Part shown: positions 49,338 to 63,321 of the stretch, one piece after another
How positions within the stretch are numbered: position 1 is the first letter of the stretch
Layout: each line of letters opens with the position of its first letter
Assembly: GCF_964355755.1 (NCBI RefSeq)
Contig: NC_092670.1
Span: 30,182,388-30,246,387, forward strand
DNA length: 64,000 nucleotides
Reading direction: 5' to 3'
DNA from: Antedon mediterranea
Taxonomy: Eukaryota; Animalia; Echinodermata
Program-made: the position numbers and the translations under genes
Notes under the pieces: model-generated
Databases searched by the model: none
Told to the model about the DNA's origin: nothing
The model's input: the letters and a program-made list of their open reading frames with translations, nothing else

Positions 49338-52300
49338 CTGAAAATAAAAAAGATAAATTTTTCAGCTAAATCATTTTTTACATGTTTATGGAAATGAAAT
49401 AATAATAAATATAAACTAATTATAAAGAGATAAATACAATCTTTAAATATTTTTAGTTATAGGGAAAATCTTTAAAATGTTCAACTTACAGCACCCCATT
49501 TAGCATTCTTCCTTTCTTGTTCATGACGTGCAAATTCCCTTTTGTCATGAAGATAAGTAAGCAGACGCCAAATTAGAAGAAGTATTAAACCAACGATGAT
49601 GATTCCAATCACAATACCAAGAATAATGAACAGTGGATCAACAGGCTCACTGCATACTAATTAAACAAATTATTTTACAAAAACATTTATTTGATTGATT
49701 TATCATGAATAAATAAATATATATAATGGTAAAGAAAACAATATTTAACATCAAGGGCCTTCTAAATTGAGATTTTGTCAAAAAGATTTTCCATATTAGA
49801 AATATTTGTAATGTTCTACTTTAGGAATAAACTTCATACTTTTAGAACTTAAAACTTCAAGTCGAGAGAGTGCTACAGAAAAAAATTGAAATCTTACTGG
49901 AAAGTAGGTCAAACGATTTCATGTTTCTATAGTGTAGAATGACCTATAGTGTACTCTCCAAAGGGAAGTTAATGTTTCTTATTGAATCCATTATACTCAT
50001 GTTTCCCATGGTATAAAACAATGGAAAATTCTCTTGAAGACTTACAGGCTTCAATAAACCACTCTTTACACAATGTATAACAGTTTTTTTTATTTGCCAT
50101 TATATATTAGTCTTGTACTGTTAGTTTCACCAACAGGAAAACAAATGTTAGGATACCAATAATTAATTAAAAATCTTATAATGATTTTATACTTGTATGT
50201 AATGCATACTGTACTACTGTACATTGATTGGATATATGGCGCATTATATATGCTTTTATTATTATTTTCTCTATCTCTATCTAAGAACTCTTATTTGCAC
50301 TGATGAAGTGCTAGTGTTGCCCGAAAGCTTTGTAAAATTTTTCTTACTGTTTTACTTTATCGTTTTGTAGCTTTTTGCTTATTTTATTTTGTATCTCCAT
50401 CAATACCCCCAGCATTGTCATTTTTTCAGTAACTTGCCCTTGGCAAAACATATTTTCAAATTTGTAATAGAAACTGAATGAATGGGTACATGTGTTATTT
50501 CAATCAATACTGTATTACTGTAGATATTAAGTCCATTATACTCATGACACCTTTAAGAATCAATGTATTATGTATATTAATTAATGTTTCCAGATAAACA
50601 ACCATTTGTGAAAAAGGGGGTTTAGGTTCTTAACTAAAAATTTCCTTACTTTTATCCTCCTGTACTTTGAGTTTGTAGTTACCATCTGCATTCTTCTGAT
50701 AAGTAAAGACAAACGAGCAATCTGATTGGTCTTTGAAAACACACCGTTCTGCCTTGTTCTCTGCAAAACAATGTTTGTCATGTTTTTTAAGATGTGTGAA
50801 ATAAAGTTGGAAATAAGAAAATTTCTTAGTGTAAAATGATGGTTCAAACCCTACCGAGACTAGGCCTATATCTAGCGTATGTTGTTCGTACGTTACTGCT
50901 GTTTACCAGCTAGGCCTACAAAACTAAGCCTAGCTAGGCTAGGCATATAAAGACAATTCATGAGAGGTCATTCGACACGAGCTACTTAGGTAGTGCATTG
51001 TTTCTCTCTTTTTTATCATAATTTAACATAAAACGTACATTTAAGACAAGGAAAGATCTGTTTAATGTGTTTAAAGTAATACATGTGCATTATTTTTACA
51101 AAACATCAAAAATTGTAGAGAATGGGGCTTTGAATTCATCCAAATATTTATGATAATGGAAGGGCTGGGAGGACTGAAACTCTCCGTACATTATGATAAT
51201 GGAAGGGCTGGGAGGACTGAAACTCTCCGTACATTTTGCATATATAATTAATTATTATACTGTACTATAATAAAATGTTTGATATTATCAGAAGAGTTTA
51301 AGAAAGATAAGAATGAAAGGAAACAGAGTAAATGAATCATTTATTGAAGAGAAAGTACAGTAGATGCAGATAAGATAGTACACATGAAACAGGAATATCA
51401 AATACTGTATGTAATTCTTTATTTCATTTTAATCATCAATGATGAAAATAATATTCTTCATTCCTGATGTTGATATAATAACCTAAAAATATTGAAATTT
51501 AACACAAAAAATGTGGTAAAAGTAGCATAAAATGCATCAGATATATAAAATGTTCTTTTCTAAAGCTATGTCTACATTATCAGACTAGTTCGACAAAAAA
51601 GAGTGTGCTATGCTCAAATATGGTAGTGATTGATGTCATAATATTCATATGAGCACAACATATTGTTTTATCACATGAAGTTTGAAAGTTATATAGACAG
51701 AGCTTTAAACAGTTAACATTATAGAAAATTGTAAATAAAGGTTAAACTTACGTTAACACTAAATTAATTTAAAAAAAATTATGATCAAAAAAATGCCCAT
51801 TTAAAATCATACCGATTGTCAGGTTAGAAAGTATTTCAACTTCATATGGACACAGCTCACATTCTTTAGGGCTCTTTGTGCCCTCATTAAACGCTTTGCA
51901 CTGGACACAGTCCTTATTGGTAATACAAGGGCCTGGACATGTCTGTTAAAAAATCATATTCATAACAATGTTATAACACATTCAGTAGATCAATTGTACA
52001 TTTCGAGGACAATGCAACTTATTCAACTATTCAAACGGATGTCAGCATTAATTGCAGCGATGCCAAATTTACAAATCAACATACCTGATATCCTATAAAG
52101 GGGAAGAATAATTTGTGGGAGGATTCATGCCGGAGAGAGAATTGGGGAGGGGAAGGAGGAATTGTAAAAATTGGTGAAACAAAAAACAATTAGTAAAAAA
52201 TTATTAAAAACAATTAAGCTTTCTTTAAATTATCTCACTAAAGAGGATAAAATGCCCACACTATTATATGTGGATTGACTACTTTACTTACTGGGCAGTT

Positions 52301-55300
52301 TTCACAGGTATTGCCAGTGTAAGATGCATTACATTTGCAGACGCCACAGTCACAAGTACCAGCACCATTGCAAATCAACTGTGTACAAATAATATATAAA
52401 TATATTATTATTAAATTGGTGTACATGTATATGTATTTATTCAAATTCAACATAATCATTAAAACATAGCAGCAAAAATGTTGAATTGAATTATAACTTT
52501 ATGATGTAAAAACATCAAAAGATAAAAATGTACAAAAAATATCAAAATACAAATTCATTCATAACAATATAGATATACAAAATACATTAATTTGACAAAA
52601 AACATTGTGGAGATTTGAAGAGTCTTCACAAAGGCTTAAAGATGTATTTTCCCTTGAAAAACCAAAAATGAAGGTCAAAATATTCTAAATTTAAATTGGC
52701 CATATCAAAGTAATATTAAAGTTATTTACTTTAAGTCGAAAATTTGAGCCAAAAACAACAAGTTTACGTAATTAGCAGGTAAATTAATTTGATTACATTT
52801 CTTCTAGAAAATCGCCGCGCGCGAAAGTAAACAAAGATTTCAAACCAAGAGTATGTATGTATGAACAAAAAAACGTCTGTATTTCAGTTAAATGAATTTT
52901 TTTTGACTAATTTTTAGTGAAAGTTAATAACTATTATGATACTTCAAAATGCCCCACTTTTTTTTTAAATATTTTTTTAACAATTTTTTGGAATTAGTCA
53001 AAGGGACAATACATCTTTAAGGAAAATGAAAAACAAAGAATACATCGATCGCTAAGAGTACCCAAGTGCAGATCGACCAAAGCACCATCATAAGTGGAGT
53101 AACCACGGCCCAGAATGTTACGGCAAGCACATTTTTGGACATGCTCAATGGCGTAATTCTGATGCTTAGTTAAACCACTGTTCCAAACTGGAACAGGGTA
53201 CTTAAGAACTGCTGGTCAAATAATCATAACTGAAATAGTCTACTTTCAGACAATGGGTTTGTAGCAATTTGTACCAAATACCCTTTCCCTCATTTCTTAT
53301 TTGATATCAAAATTGTACAGATTAGGGCTTTAATTAAACAAAAACTTTGTTAGTGATACCAGTCTCATCGGAGACACAAACTTTGTTAATATTTAAAAAT
53401 ATGCTGAACACGACTGGGTTGATTCTTGACTTTACAAGGCATATGCCCAAAATGGTCAGGTATAATCCCACTCTTAATTTAGACTTTAAATTCCAATGGT
53501 CAATGCAATCTGAGTATAATCCCATATCCTAATTTGAAAAAAAAAAAATTCCGGATTTTTTTTTGTCTCTCTGTTTCATAGTTTTGTTTCTATTCACAGT
53601 GATGATTATTAATTAAAGCATGACAAAAAACAGCTAAATTATAAAGATAATTACGAGAAGGTAAAAATTGTCAGTATAGTGTGAGGTGTTTATTATCATG
53701 GTATGATAGAAAACAAAACTCGTGGGTGTGTTACATTGACTAAAAAAAAATTACAATCTGGAATGAAAATGATTGGAAAGGAAATGAATCAATACAATGT
53801 TATGGTTATTGAGCACTTAAGTGTCTGATGATTGAGTTGTTTTGATACAATGAGGGATAAAGTGAAGAATAATGAAAATATATCTGATTACAGGCTCATA
53901 CAGTTTAAAATATATAATATCCACTTCTAATATTTAGTTTAAAATAAAACAATACAAGGAAGATCGAAAGACATTCTACAAATGTACAGTGACCAGTGGC
54001 ATAACGGCTATGAGCGATTACTGGCTAAACCAATGGGCCCCAGAGCTTAAGGGGCTTTAAAGCAACAATGCAACTACCTAGACTAGTGTTTGACCATTAA
54101 GAGTGCTAACCCGCCACTGACATATGCCACCGTACTTGAAACTTTCTATTTTGCAATGGTGTAGTTTACCTAAAACTAGACTCATATACTGTATGTTAAG
54201 TTTGTTTTGGACATTTATGTAGAGTTGTCAAACACAATTCAGGAAATTCTAGGTCCAGGTTACAACCTTGAATTCTGTTATCACATATCTGCCTATTTGA
54301 ATCTTTTTTGGGGTACTAATGCAGTAGAAAAACATTTTACATAGCTCAATGTTGACTTGGACAGATGATGTAATATACAATTGTACAGTTCTACTGTAAG
54401 TCATTGAAAAATTAAAGCTTCATTTTAATAGTTTCATCATGCAGCTTAAAATCATAATGAACATTAATGAACATTTATTTCACAAGGAAGAAGGAACTAT
54501 TAGAGAGTCAACTTTGAAGTACACTATCTTGATTTTCATAACTATACAATAAACAGTATTTTGAATATTATGTATCATACTTTAAACAACTTTACAGTTC
54601 ATGAGTGGTATGAGAAGAAAACTAAGGATTGTCAATGGGTCTTAATAATTATATAATAATAATAATAATACATATACAGTAATATAATATACACTATTAC
54701 CAATTAAGCAAAGATTCAGCATAACTGTTCAGGAATCAAAAGATGTTGTAATGGAAGTTATTGAACTATAAAACCAAAGTTCAAAATGCTCCACCCTATG
54801 AAACATTCTTATATTAAAACATAATGAGTGTATTTATAGAGATATTATAGATAAATATCTCTTAGGAAATAATATCTATATGAGTTTTAATATATCTTTA
54901 CATACACATTTGATGGAGAATAAGAAATACAGTAAAGTTAGGTTTGGGGTACATCAGTTGTTTCCAAAAGGAAATAAAGTAAAGGTTGAGAGTATTTCGA
55001 TGGTTCGGTTGTTATACTGGAGAATCTTCTTTTTGAAATACACAGTGTACTGCAACCCTCAACTTTATAATATTTAAAACCATTGTTAGAACAGAAGAAT
55101 ACAATTAGCCCAAGTTGAAACGTGGCCAAAATTATAAGGAAGCTGTATTTTTGTAAATTGAGTTTTTAAACGTAAAAATGAAAGATGTCATACAAGATTG
55201 GTGTATAGGTAGTAAGGTGATAGCCCAAAACTTCCTCTATTGTTAAGTGTGCAGTTTTAAAAAAGGTCCCTGAACTTTAATATACTGATACAAAGACCAT

Positions 55301-58300
55301 AAAACAAATGGGTGCAGAACCGAAGCGAAACAGCAGAAAATTAAAATAGTTAAATTCAGGAAATGGACATGCGCAACAAGATTATATTTGCCATAAACCA
55401 TACTGACAGAAGGAGAAGAAGAAGAAAGGAAACAGAGCATCTGACAGACAAATTTATGAAGATGAAATCCAACAATACTGTCGATTTTCAACTGGTATCA
55501 GATAGACCTCTGGAAATGACATGCCGTTTCTTTCTTCCAGCAGTGGACCTGTAACAACTGACTTATGATGATGATGATGATATTGATTATGATGAGTGAA
55601 TCAATTTGAGATTGCTATAGTGAAATAAAATACTAGTGATTTTAATGCTACTTTTGCTAATGCTAATTCATGATACTGTAGTTCCTTTGTTTTATCATCT
55701 GCACTTAAAACAATAAAACATGTACAGTATTAGAGCTTAAAGTAGGTTTAAATCAATTGCTCAGTACATTGAGACCACTTTGCAAGCAATTCTCTGGTAG
55801 AGCAAACAATCTTACATACTTACTATAGCGCCCTAATGCAAAGCTACTTTGTAAGAAATATTATATTAATTAGGTGAGAAAACGCTAACAGTAACAACAT
55901 TTTTCAATAGGAAAAAAAATTAATGGACTTGATTACTAGGCAATATACTGATGACTTATAAGCCATGGTAATACTTTGGAATGTCCAATACTTCAATCAA
56001 TGCATTTGTCTTCAGGATGTATAGGTTAATAACTAATATGACAGAACTGAAAGAAAGGTTGAACCATTCAAAGAAAAAGTGAAAGTTTACTTAATTTAAT
56101 AATAGGAGGATATCTAAATAGATGTTTAAGTTGTAAACAGTCATCATAAGTTATCCTTCTCATCTTGTGACAATAATAAGGCTTTCCACTATTTTATTCC
56201 ATTTTACTCTTTTATGAGAAGGATGGCTTTGTGTTGTGTCTATATAATTTTTAAATTCCTTTTTAATTTAACATTCATTTTGTGGATTTTGGTCTTTATA
56301 TTGGTCTTACTTTTCTGTTAAGTTTGTTTAGTGCAATTTTTACAGAATACTTTGGGAACTACTCATATTTTTTTTTAATACTTTACTGTACTCTGATATC
56401 CAATACACAGTAAGCCATTTCTGATATTTATAAAAATGAGAATTATCTGTCAATACTATATCTCAAATTAAATACCACCTGGAGAATACTTTCAATTATA
56501 AAAAAATAATACAATTTGAAGTTTATATCCCCTGCAGGAATATATGTAAGAGGTAATTGCCAGGTCATCTCAGATTACACAGTTTCAACCACCTATGGCA
56601 AAATTCAAGAAATCAAATGAATAAAAGATAAACAGTGTACTCAATACCCATAACAAGTGACTGGTAAACAATTATTCACAAGTGGAAAGAAAAACATTGT
56701 GATAAATGCATCTTTGTCTGGAGGTGTAAGTAATGACGAATTGCTTGATGTTTGTTGTAGGTCTTGTAATAACATAGCTGTGAACACAATTTGTCACGGG
56801 AATGGCCTTGTGGGTAATCCAGCGTAGTTAATATCCTTCAACTTTCAGATACAACTTGGTTTTTATTTTATCTTGGAAGGAAGTAATAAGCTATATAGCA
56901 AACGATATGAAACTATTGACTAATAATAAAATTTGAATAAGCATCATACAGTATTGTATGGTTTATATATTTTTTTAAAATGCACACAACTTTTTATAAC
57001 ATCTGATCCAATTTGTGTATGATGATTTAAACCTATTAACAATTAAGTTTGAAGAAAAGAGTTTACTACTACATTACATAACCTCCTAAAAACTATACCC
57101 ACATGTTTAATAAAACAATTTAAACAAACATTGACTTGTTTTTCTAAATTTGATTTTTGATCTGACCATCCTGATTTTATCCTGAATTCATTTTGAATCA
57201 TTTTTAAAGGCTAGGCCGGATAGCTCTCCAATACAGGACACAGAGTAGAATAAATCAGTAAAAATCTCACGTAATAACAATTTACAAAAAGCTGCTTAAC
57301 GTTCATTAGTGCCATTCACCGTTCAATAGTGTCGCTCATTAGTGCAAAAATGAACAGCATGTAATGCGTAAATAACTATATATAATATAATCAGGTGTGT
57401 TATAATAAGAAATAACCATGTTACCATGAGAGGTATTAAACAATTTGCAGTGGCAAATAAAACTAGCACCAATAACATTAATATTAACTTACACCGTTAG
57501 CTGATATACACCCTGTTGTGCTGGAAACACAGTTGCAGGCATCTCCCTCATACCCAGGCATACACTTACAACGACTTCTCTTCAATTGCTCATCGCAGAT
57601 ACACTCTCCTCTCTCAGGTCCTGATATAAAGTAAAATACTTAATTAATTAGTTTTACAAAATATTAAATGAAGCAACAATTTTCGACAATTACTAAAAAT
57701 GTTCATCTGCTTTTGGATAATCATGAATTTGTAATTCTCTTCGAAAAAACAAAAACTAGCAAAAGTGCAGGACAGCGAAACTGTCAAGCAGGTTTGTTCC
57801 GCTAATTTTTATTTTTTTCCCAAAAAATTATAAATTCATGAATATTCGACAATACTGATATTATACTGTATCATATTATTTCTTTCTCAATTTAATTGAA
57901 GACAGTTTACACAAGTATATAACTTGGTCCTGGATGTAACTATATGCAAGTAATTTGACCTAGCACGATGCAAATTCTTGCGTTGCATTCTATAGAGTGG
58001 AAAAAAAACTGAAATGGGAATAAATTTTACATCCACATTCAATAATACATTATGAGAAACATATATTAATACAACAAAACATGTTTAAAATACAAACATA
58101 ATCAGGACTGATACTTAATTTTTCAAACTAAAGTATCAAATATTTAAATACTAATTGAGACAATAACTTATAATACAATTGAGGATTATAAATACTGACA
58201 AACACTTACCTCCACATGGCAGGTTGTTAAAACGATCACAGGAGAAGTTATCACATTCACAATATTTTCCTGAAACCACCTCTCCACTCTTGGCACGAGG

Positions 58301-61300
58301 GAAGCAGGAACACTCGCCACAAACACACGAACCCCGACCTGAGCAAATTGTGGCTGTAGTTGAATTGTCACTATCAGAAAGAGAATAAAATGATAATGCA
58401 GTCATTTTAATGCAGTAAATATTAACATTTCTTCTGGAGGTTAAGAACTACACCGCATGTACTGCAATAGGCTACAACTAACTATTGTTTAATACTAGGA
58501 AAAAGATTTTTTTTGGTCAGGATGTAACCCGTTTGCTTCATACATTTAGTAAGTATATACAATTACTGCAATACTTTTAATAGTACAGTCAATTTCTTTT
58601 TTACGTTTGTAAGAATAATTATATAATAGAAAAAATTTATTTTAATAAAACTTAAAGCTTTCAGATAATAGTTTAGAGAAATTTAAATAATTATTATATT
58701 ATTTCAGTGAATTAAATCAGCATATCAGTAACAATTTAACAAAATAATATATGAAGCATTTAAAACCGAAAGACATTATCATTCAATATCTTAACAGGAA
58801 AAACGTGCATCACTGTGAAAAACGCTTTCAAAATATAAGCAGTCATCCATATACTTTCAGTTTTGTAGCAATGATTATAAAGGAAAAGGTTACAAATCTG
58901 TTTGAATGTTATTTCCTATCCATGACTACAGTAAATCAATGTTAATTCTTGTAATTATGCCTTTACACAGCAATTAATTGTTACTTAATAATTGTAAACC
59001 GTGGATTTGTTAAAAGCAGATTTGTTTTTTCGGTAAATAATTATGTTAGGGCAAACTTCTAGAATCTTTTAAGATAAAAATACTTGATGGCATAGGAAGT
59101 TGGTACATATACCTTCAGTACTGATATAGGTTACTAATTACGTTTAGTTAAATAATTATTTATTGACAATAAACAAAATTAGGTTAAACATGTTTCTACT
59201 GAGCAAGAGTGATTTAAATACCACTAGTAATTTTATTTTGTTAGGTATGACCAGTGACTTTGGTTCCAGTAATTTGGCATTATATTTACTTTGTTCTTTA
59301 CGTTCAATTACAGCTAGATAGTAATGCAATGTTTTTGGCATTTTTCCAAAGTTAATTACATAATAATTATTACAACCAAAATAGGTGTTTTTCACATCTG
59401 CAAGTGCCATATACAAATAGGCACAGAGCCAAACATTATTAATTTCTCACAGATGTGATCTTTAAAACAGTGTACAATTGTTATACTTACACAGAGCATG
59501 CTCTATCATTATCCTCAAGTCTACTTGTAGCGTCATTGCTGCTACATTCACATAGACGTCCATAACGTCCTATATTGCACTGGCAACCACCACACACTAG
59601 AGTACCGTTACCATGACTGCATACTTCACTGTAATGCTCCTATAAAGTGTTATTATTAAATATAGTAAATCAACAACATTTAGAAAAGAACATCACTTTT
59701 TAGGGGACATCCCTATTCAGGCCCGTATCCAGGGGGGGGTGCGTTGGGTGCAGACGCACCCCCCCCCCAAGTCCCAAAAGGTCCACTATTTCCTCGGTTG
59801 GTATTTTTTCTTGTCTTGCTTAACTAAAGATAGTATCATTATATATATACTAAATTTACATTATCCGATGGTATACAAACAAAAATATGTTAATATAAAA
59901 TGAAAAAAATACCGGTAATAAATTACGGAATCTGAACTGACTACAAACTCGATGTAAAACATGCGCAGTCGATCATGTGACGACAAGCAATAGCTTAGTG
60001 CTTCATGTACGCGGTACGCGGTAAAGTGTTTGCTTGAAATACAGACAACCGGTGGTGGTAAAGACGTGTCTGGAAATACAGACACTATCAAATACGGCGC
60101 CTAAACATGGGAAGGAAGGCCAACGTCGTACGACGCTTTCTGAGTTGGCCTTTAAACATCATAAAAGCGTTAAGTTTTGGTGTCCATCGTTCAACTAGCC
60201 AAAGCCACAACAAAGAGTCTTAAATCAGTCTTTAGAAGGTCAAATAACGCAAATTTTCCCCAGCCATTGTTGCTCGCACCCCCACCCCCCCATTAGAAAT
60301 GCTGCATACGGGCCTGCTCAGGGGACACCTCTATTAAAAGCAAACATTCCTATGATAGGAAAGGGAAATGATGTTTAAATTTACACGTTATATTTAGGGG
60401 ACTCCCCAATAAGGAGGAACTTTGTTGGGTTCCCAAAATGTTTATGAATTTCATTATCTTTAATATGGTATCTGTATTTTGCCAATTATTTCGCTCATTC
60501 CGAGTGCTTAAGTTTGTCATTGTATTAATTATGCTTCAATGATATGGACAAATTTATTCGTACACATAATGTCAAAATAAGAAGCTGGAAGGTTCTTTAA
60601 TTGAGACTTTATAAGAATGAAAGTTATTTAATACAAGCATACACAATTATCTCCTTATTCCCTGAAACTATAAATATATACCTGGTCGGAAAAACTGGAT
60701 TTAGAAATTAGGATATGGGTACTTCCAAGGGAATTCACATGTGTTTCATAGCTTCACAACAATGACTGAGTGGGAAAATAGGAATCTATTTTATCATCTA
60801 TGGCTTTATTATTTTTTTAAATTATTTAACTACTTTAAATTCAAATCATATAGAAAATTGAATTTAAAATTGTCTTATAATAATTATGTGTTTATTGCAT
60901 AGAAGATTAAATAAATATAATAAAAGAGCTTTGGAGAAATAAATAATGCATAGCATAAATAACATTTTTCGTCTATGGCTCTTGATAATGTGTTCTTATT
61001 TCCTACTTTTTAAAGTTGACAGTTGCAACCCTCTTTTTCCTTTAATTTTTATTTAATATTCTCAAGGATTACCAATGCTGAATGTATACACTGTCCTTTT
61101 CAATGGTCTGCTCAATGTAAATTTGTAACTTTATTTGGAATAAATGTCATCCCCCACCCTCGAATAAACGCCCTGGGGCATTTATTTATTTTTCCTTGAA
61201 TATTTCCCCGCCACATGCATAATATAGATAATATTGTATTGCAACACACATTTCTATTTGTCGTAGAATTCATTAACTGACATGATCTACAATTTACCAA

Positions 61301-63321
61301 GCATTTTGAGTTTTACAATATTTTATCACTTCTTGATATTAATTGTGTTATATATTTTCATATCAGTAACAGTATTTATTCGATCATACATTTTACCATA
61401 TTACACCCAAAATATAAACGCCTCTCTCAAATAATGATATTAGACAAGATTTGAACCTAGGACCAACCAAGTTCCACTCTACTACTATAAATATATAAAT
61501 ATTTAAGTTCTTGTTTATATTTCATTGATTACCTGTGACGCTTCACAATCACAATTACATACAGGTTGAATGCGTACAGTAAGTTCCTCACTGAATCCAA
61601 CTGGTTTGATAACAACCCTGCAACACAAACATACATCATAATATTATAATTATTAATTTGACACACATTGTGATTACAGTTGAATTTATTATTATACTAT
61701 AATGAATGTGTATAAGTGGAATGGTACAATTATGTCATGAGGATGATTAAAAGTTAAAAAATAAGTACAATTTACTACTATTGCATGCCATGTGACCCAC
61801 AATTGTCCAATCAAATGACAGGAATTGATTTAGGTGTTAAGTAAAATATTATATTCAATCAATTTTACTCATAATTTAACAAAAGTAAACCTCTATTGCA
61901 TGTTTTTAAACATTAACTGTTGAAAAAAATTATTAAATCCAATTTAATAAAACTGCAAGTTTGAAAAAAAAAGAACAAATATTCCCTTCCATATAATTGG
62001 TTGAAATCACTTCAGAAAACTGATTTGTCAAGAAGGGGCATGGCCTAACTTTTGCAAAATAGTTTTCTTCAGTTTTTCATACAGTAGTTTATCAACTGGT
62101 CTTCACTAACAAACTTTGGAAAACTTTTTGTTACACACTATGAGTTTGCTCAAGTTTGGTAGTATAGACGGTAGTGGTATCCTGGGATGATTAGGCCAGA
62201 GACGAACTGACCCATTTATTCCCTATTGACTTTGCAATGATATAATATCATAATCATAATAAACATAATAATACATTTTTTTTTTTTTATTTCATTTTCA
62301 GATAGAGTAGTAGTAGTACGAAAACTATGTAAAGCTTACTAGGCGTTTTTAAATCATAGCGGTTCACTTTAATATATCTCTATGTGAAAATATAGGCCTA
62401 GGTCCTAAAGCATAGACTAGACGAAAACGATATTTTTTTGCAATATGCCCTCTGATATGCATGTATTTCAAAATAATAATTGCATAAAAAAGTAATTTAT
62501 TTCATATCAACATTGGAATTATCAATACATTGTTATTAAATGGTAGTTCTAACAACTTGATATACCACAAGAATGTACAGTACATTAACATATCATTGGT
62601 TTGTTTTAAAAGTGCGACGTTTGGGCCGAAAGTGAGACGTTTTGGGCGGAATTTCCATGATTTGTGTAGAATAATTTAAGTAATATAATACAATAAAAAC
62701 AAATTTACCTCTTCTCTGAACCATCATCACAATTACGCAGTGTGAACCCTAACCTGAAGGTGACAGTTTGGCCTAGGTTTAAACCATGGCATGTTTTTGT
62801 ATTAGCTTGCGGCTGTCCATCGAGGCAGTAGGCCTCGTAGTCAACATCTACATTTTTAGGAGCATTATCTGACAGCTCAACTTTTGAGGTAATTTTCTGT
62901 TTTGTGAAACAAAAAACATAATATATTATCCATCTCTTATCAACTGCATGATTACTAACCATCTACGTCAGGCACATCAATAGTGACAACCAAGATATAC
63001 AGCAAATAAAATGTTGAATCTGTCTATTTACTGTATATTATAGTATGTTATTATAACATACCTAAGTATACCCTTGACATTTGCTCTTGATTATAATTGT
63101 ATTCAACGAGTAAATAATATTCAATGAACAGCTTTTTGTAAGAATGTTTATTATTATTAATATTGCGACAGGCCAAACTCACAGCAAAATCAGATTTTGT
63201 AGGACAAATAACAAATTAAAAGTTAACCTACAGCGTAGTTTTCCTTTACAAGTTCTACAATATTAGACGAATCACCTAGCAGTTGTCCAGTAGTAGCCCC
63301 CTGGATATGTTGCTTCAATTC
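49275..63321 (-). CDS. Integrin beta subunit (beta1-like), 3' part (gene span; 11 exons in window, 5' end beyond 64000)
   Basis: The hand-spliced ORF is 1359 nt including TAG. It covers the betaI end (DSSNIVELV), the hybrid domain (KPVGFSE), four Cys-rich I-EGF repeats, the beta-tail, the TM helix, and a cytoplasmic tail with HDKREF, NPIY and NPMY. Confidence 0.96.
49490..49656 (-). CDS. Integrin beta exon (TM + membrane-proximal tail)
   Basis: (I)[55 protein letters not shown]. Confidence 0.96.
50294..50336 (+). ncRNA. Minimal type-I hammerhead ribozyme motif (Penelope-like element remnant)
   Basis: TTTGCA-CTGATGA-AGTGCTAGTGTTGCCC-GAAA-GC-TT-TGTAAA shows the conserved core, helix I pairing, palindromic helix III AAGCTT and an imperfect helix II. 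Confidence 0.6.
50650..50760 (-). CDS. Integrin beta exon (beta-tail domain, second half)
   Basis: (E)[36 protein letters not shown]; phase 1-1. Confidence 0.92.
51148..51234. repeat. ~44-bp direct tandem duplication
   Basis: TTATGATAATGGAAGGGCTGGGAGGACTGAAACTCTCCGTACA occurs twice. Confidence 0.9.
51813..51942 (-). CDS. Integrin beta exon (beta-tail domain, first half)
   Basis: [43 protein letters not shown]. Confidence 0.94.
52292..52378 (-). CDS. Integrin beta exon (I-EGF4)
   Basis: [29 protein letters not shown]. Confidence 0.95.
52640..53016. mobile_element. Kolobok-like MITE (TTAA TSD, AG termini)
   Basis: TTAA-AGATGTATTTTCCC ... GGGACAATACATCT-TTAA. Confidence 0.75.
55330..55582 (+). 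mobile_element. RTE-clade LINE 3' remnant
   Basis: Degenerate C-terminal motifs ending FFQQWT*, followed by a (GAT)n tail. Confidence 0.55.
57493..57620 (-). CDS. Integrin beta exon (I-EGF3)
   Basis: (G)[42 protein letters not shown]. Confidence 0.93.
58210..58370 (-). CDS. Integrin beta exon (I-EGF2)
   Basis: [53 protein letters not shown]. Confidence 0.95.
59491..59639 (-). CDS. Integrin beta exon (I-EGF1)
   Basis: [49 protein letters not shown]. Confidence 0.94.
59718..60316. mobile_element. TIR element / MITE (CAGG termini)
   Basis: TIR CAGGCCCGTAT / ATACGGGCCTG with G/C-tract subterminal hairpins; no clear TSD. Confidence 0.7.
61533..61617 (-). CDS. Integrin beta exon (hybrid end)
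   Basis: (R)[28 protein letters not shown]. Confidence 0.94.
62709..62896 (-). CDS. Integrin beta exon (hybrid domain)
   Basis: [62 protein letters not shown]. Confidence 0.93.
63232..63321 (-). CDS. Integrin beta exon (betaI domain end)
   Basis: [30 protein letters not shown]. Confidence 0.93.

Noticed and set aside
49656-51813. Apparently missing beta-tail exon
   Set aside because: The exon was found at 50650-50760 in a frame not shown in the ORF track, so the gene is intact here.
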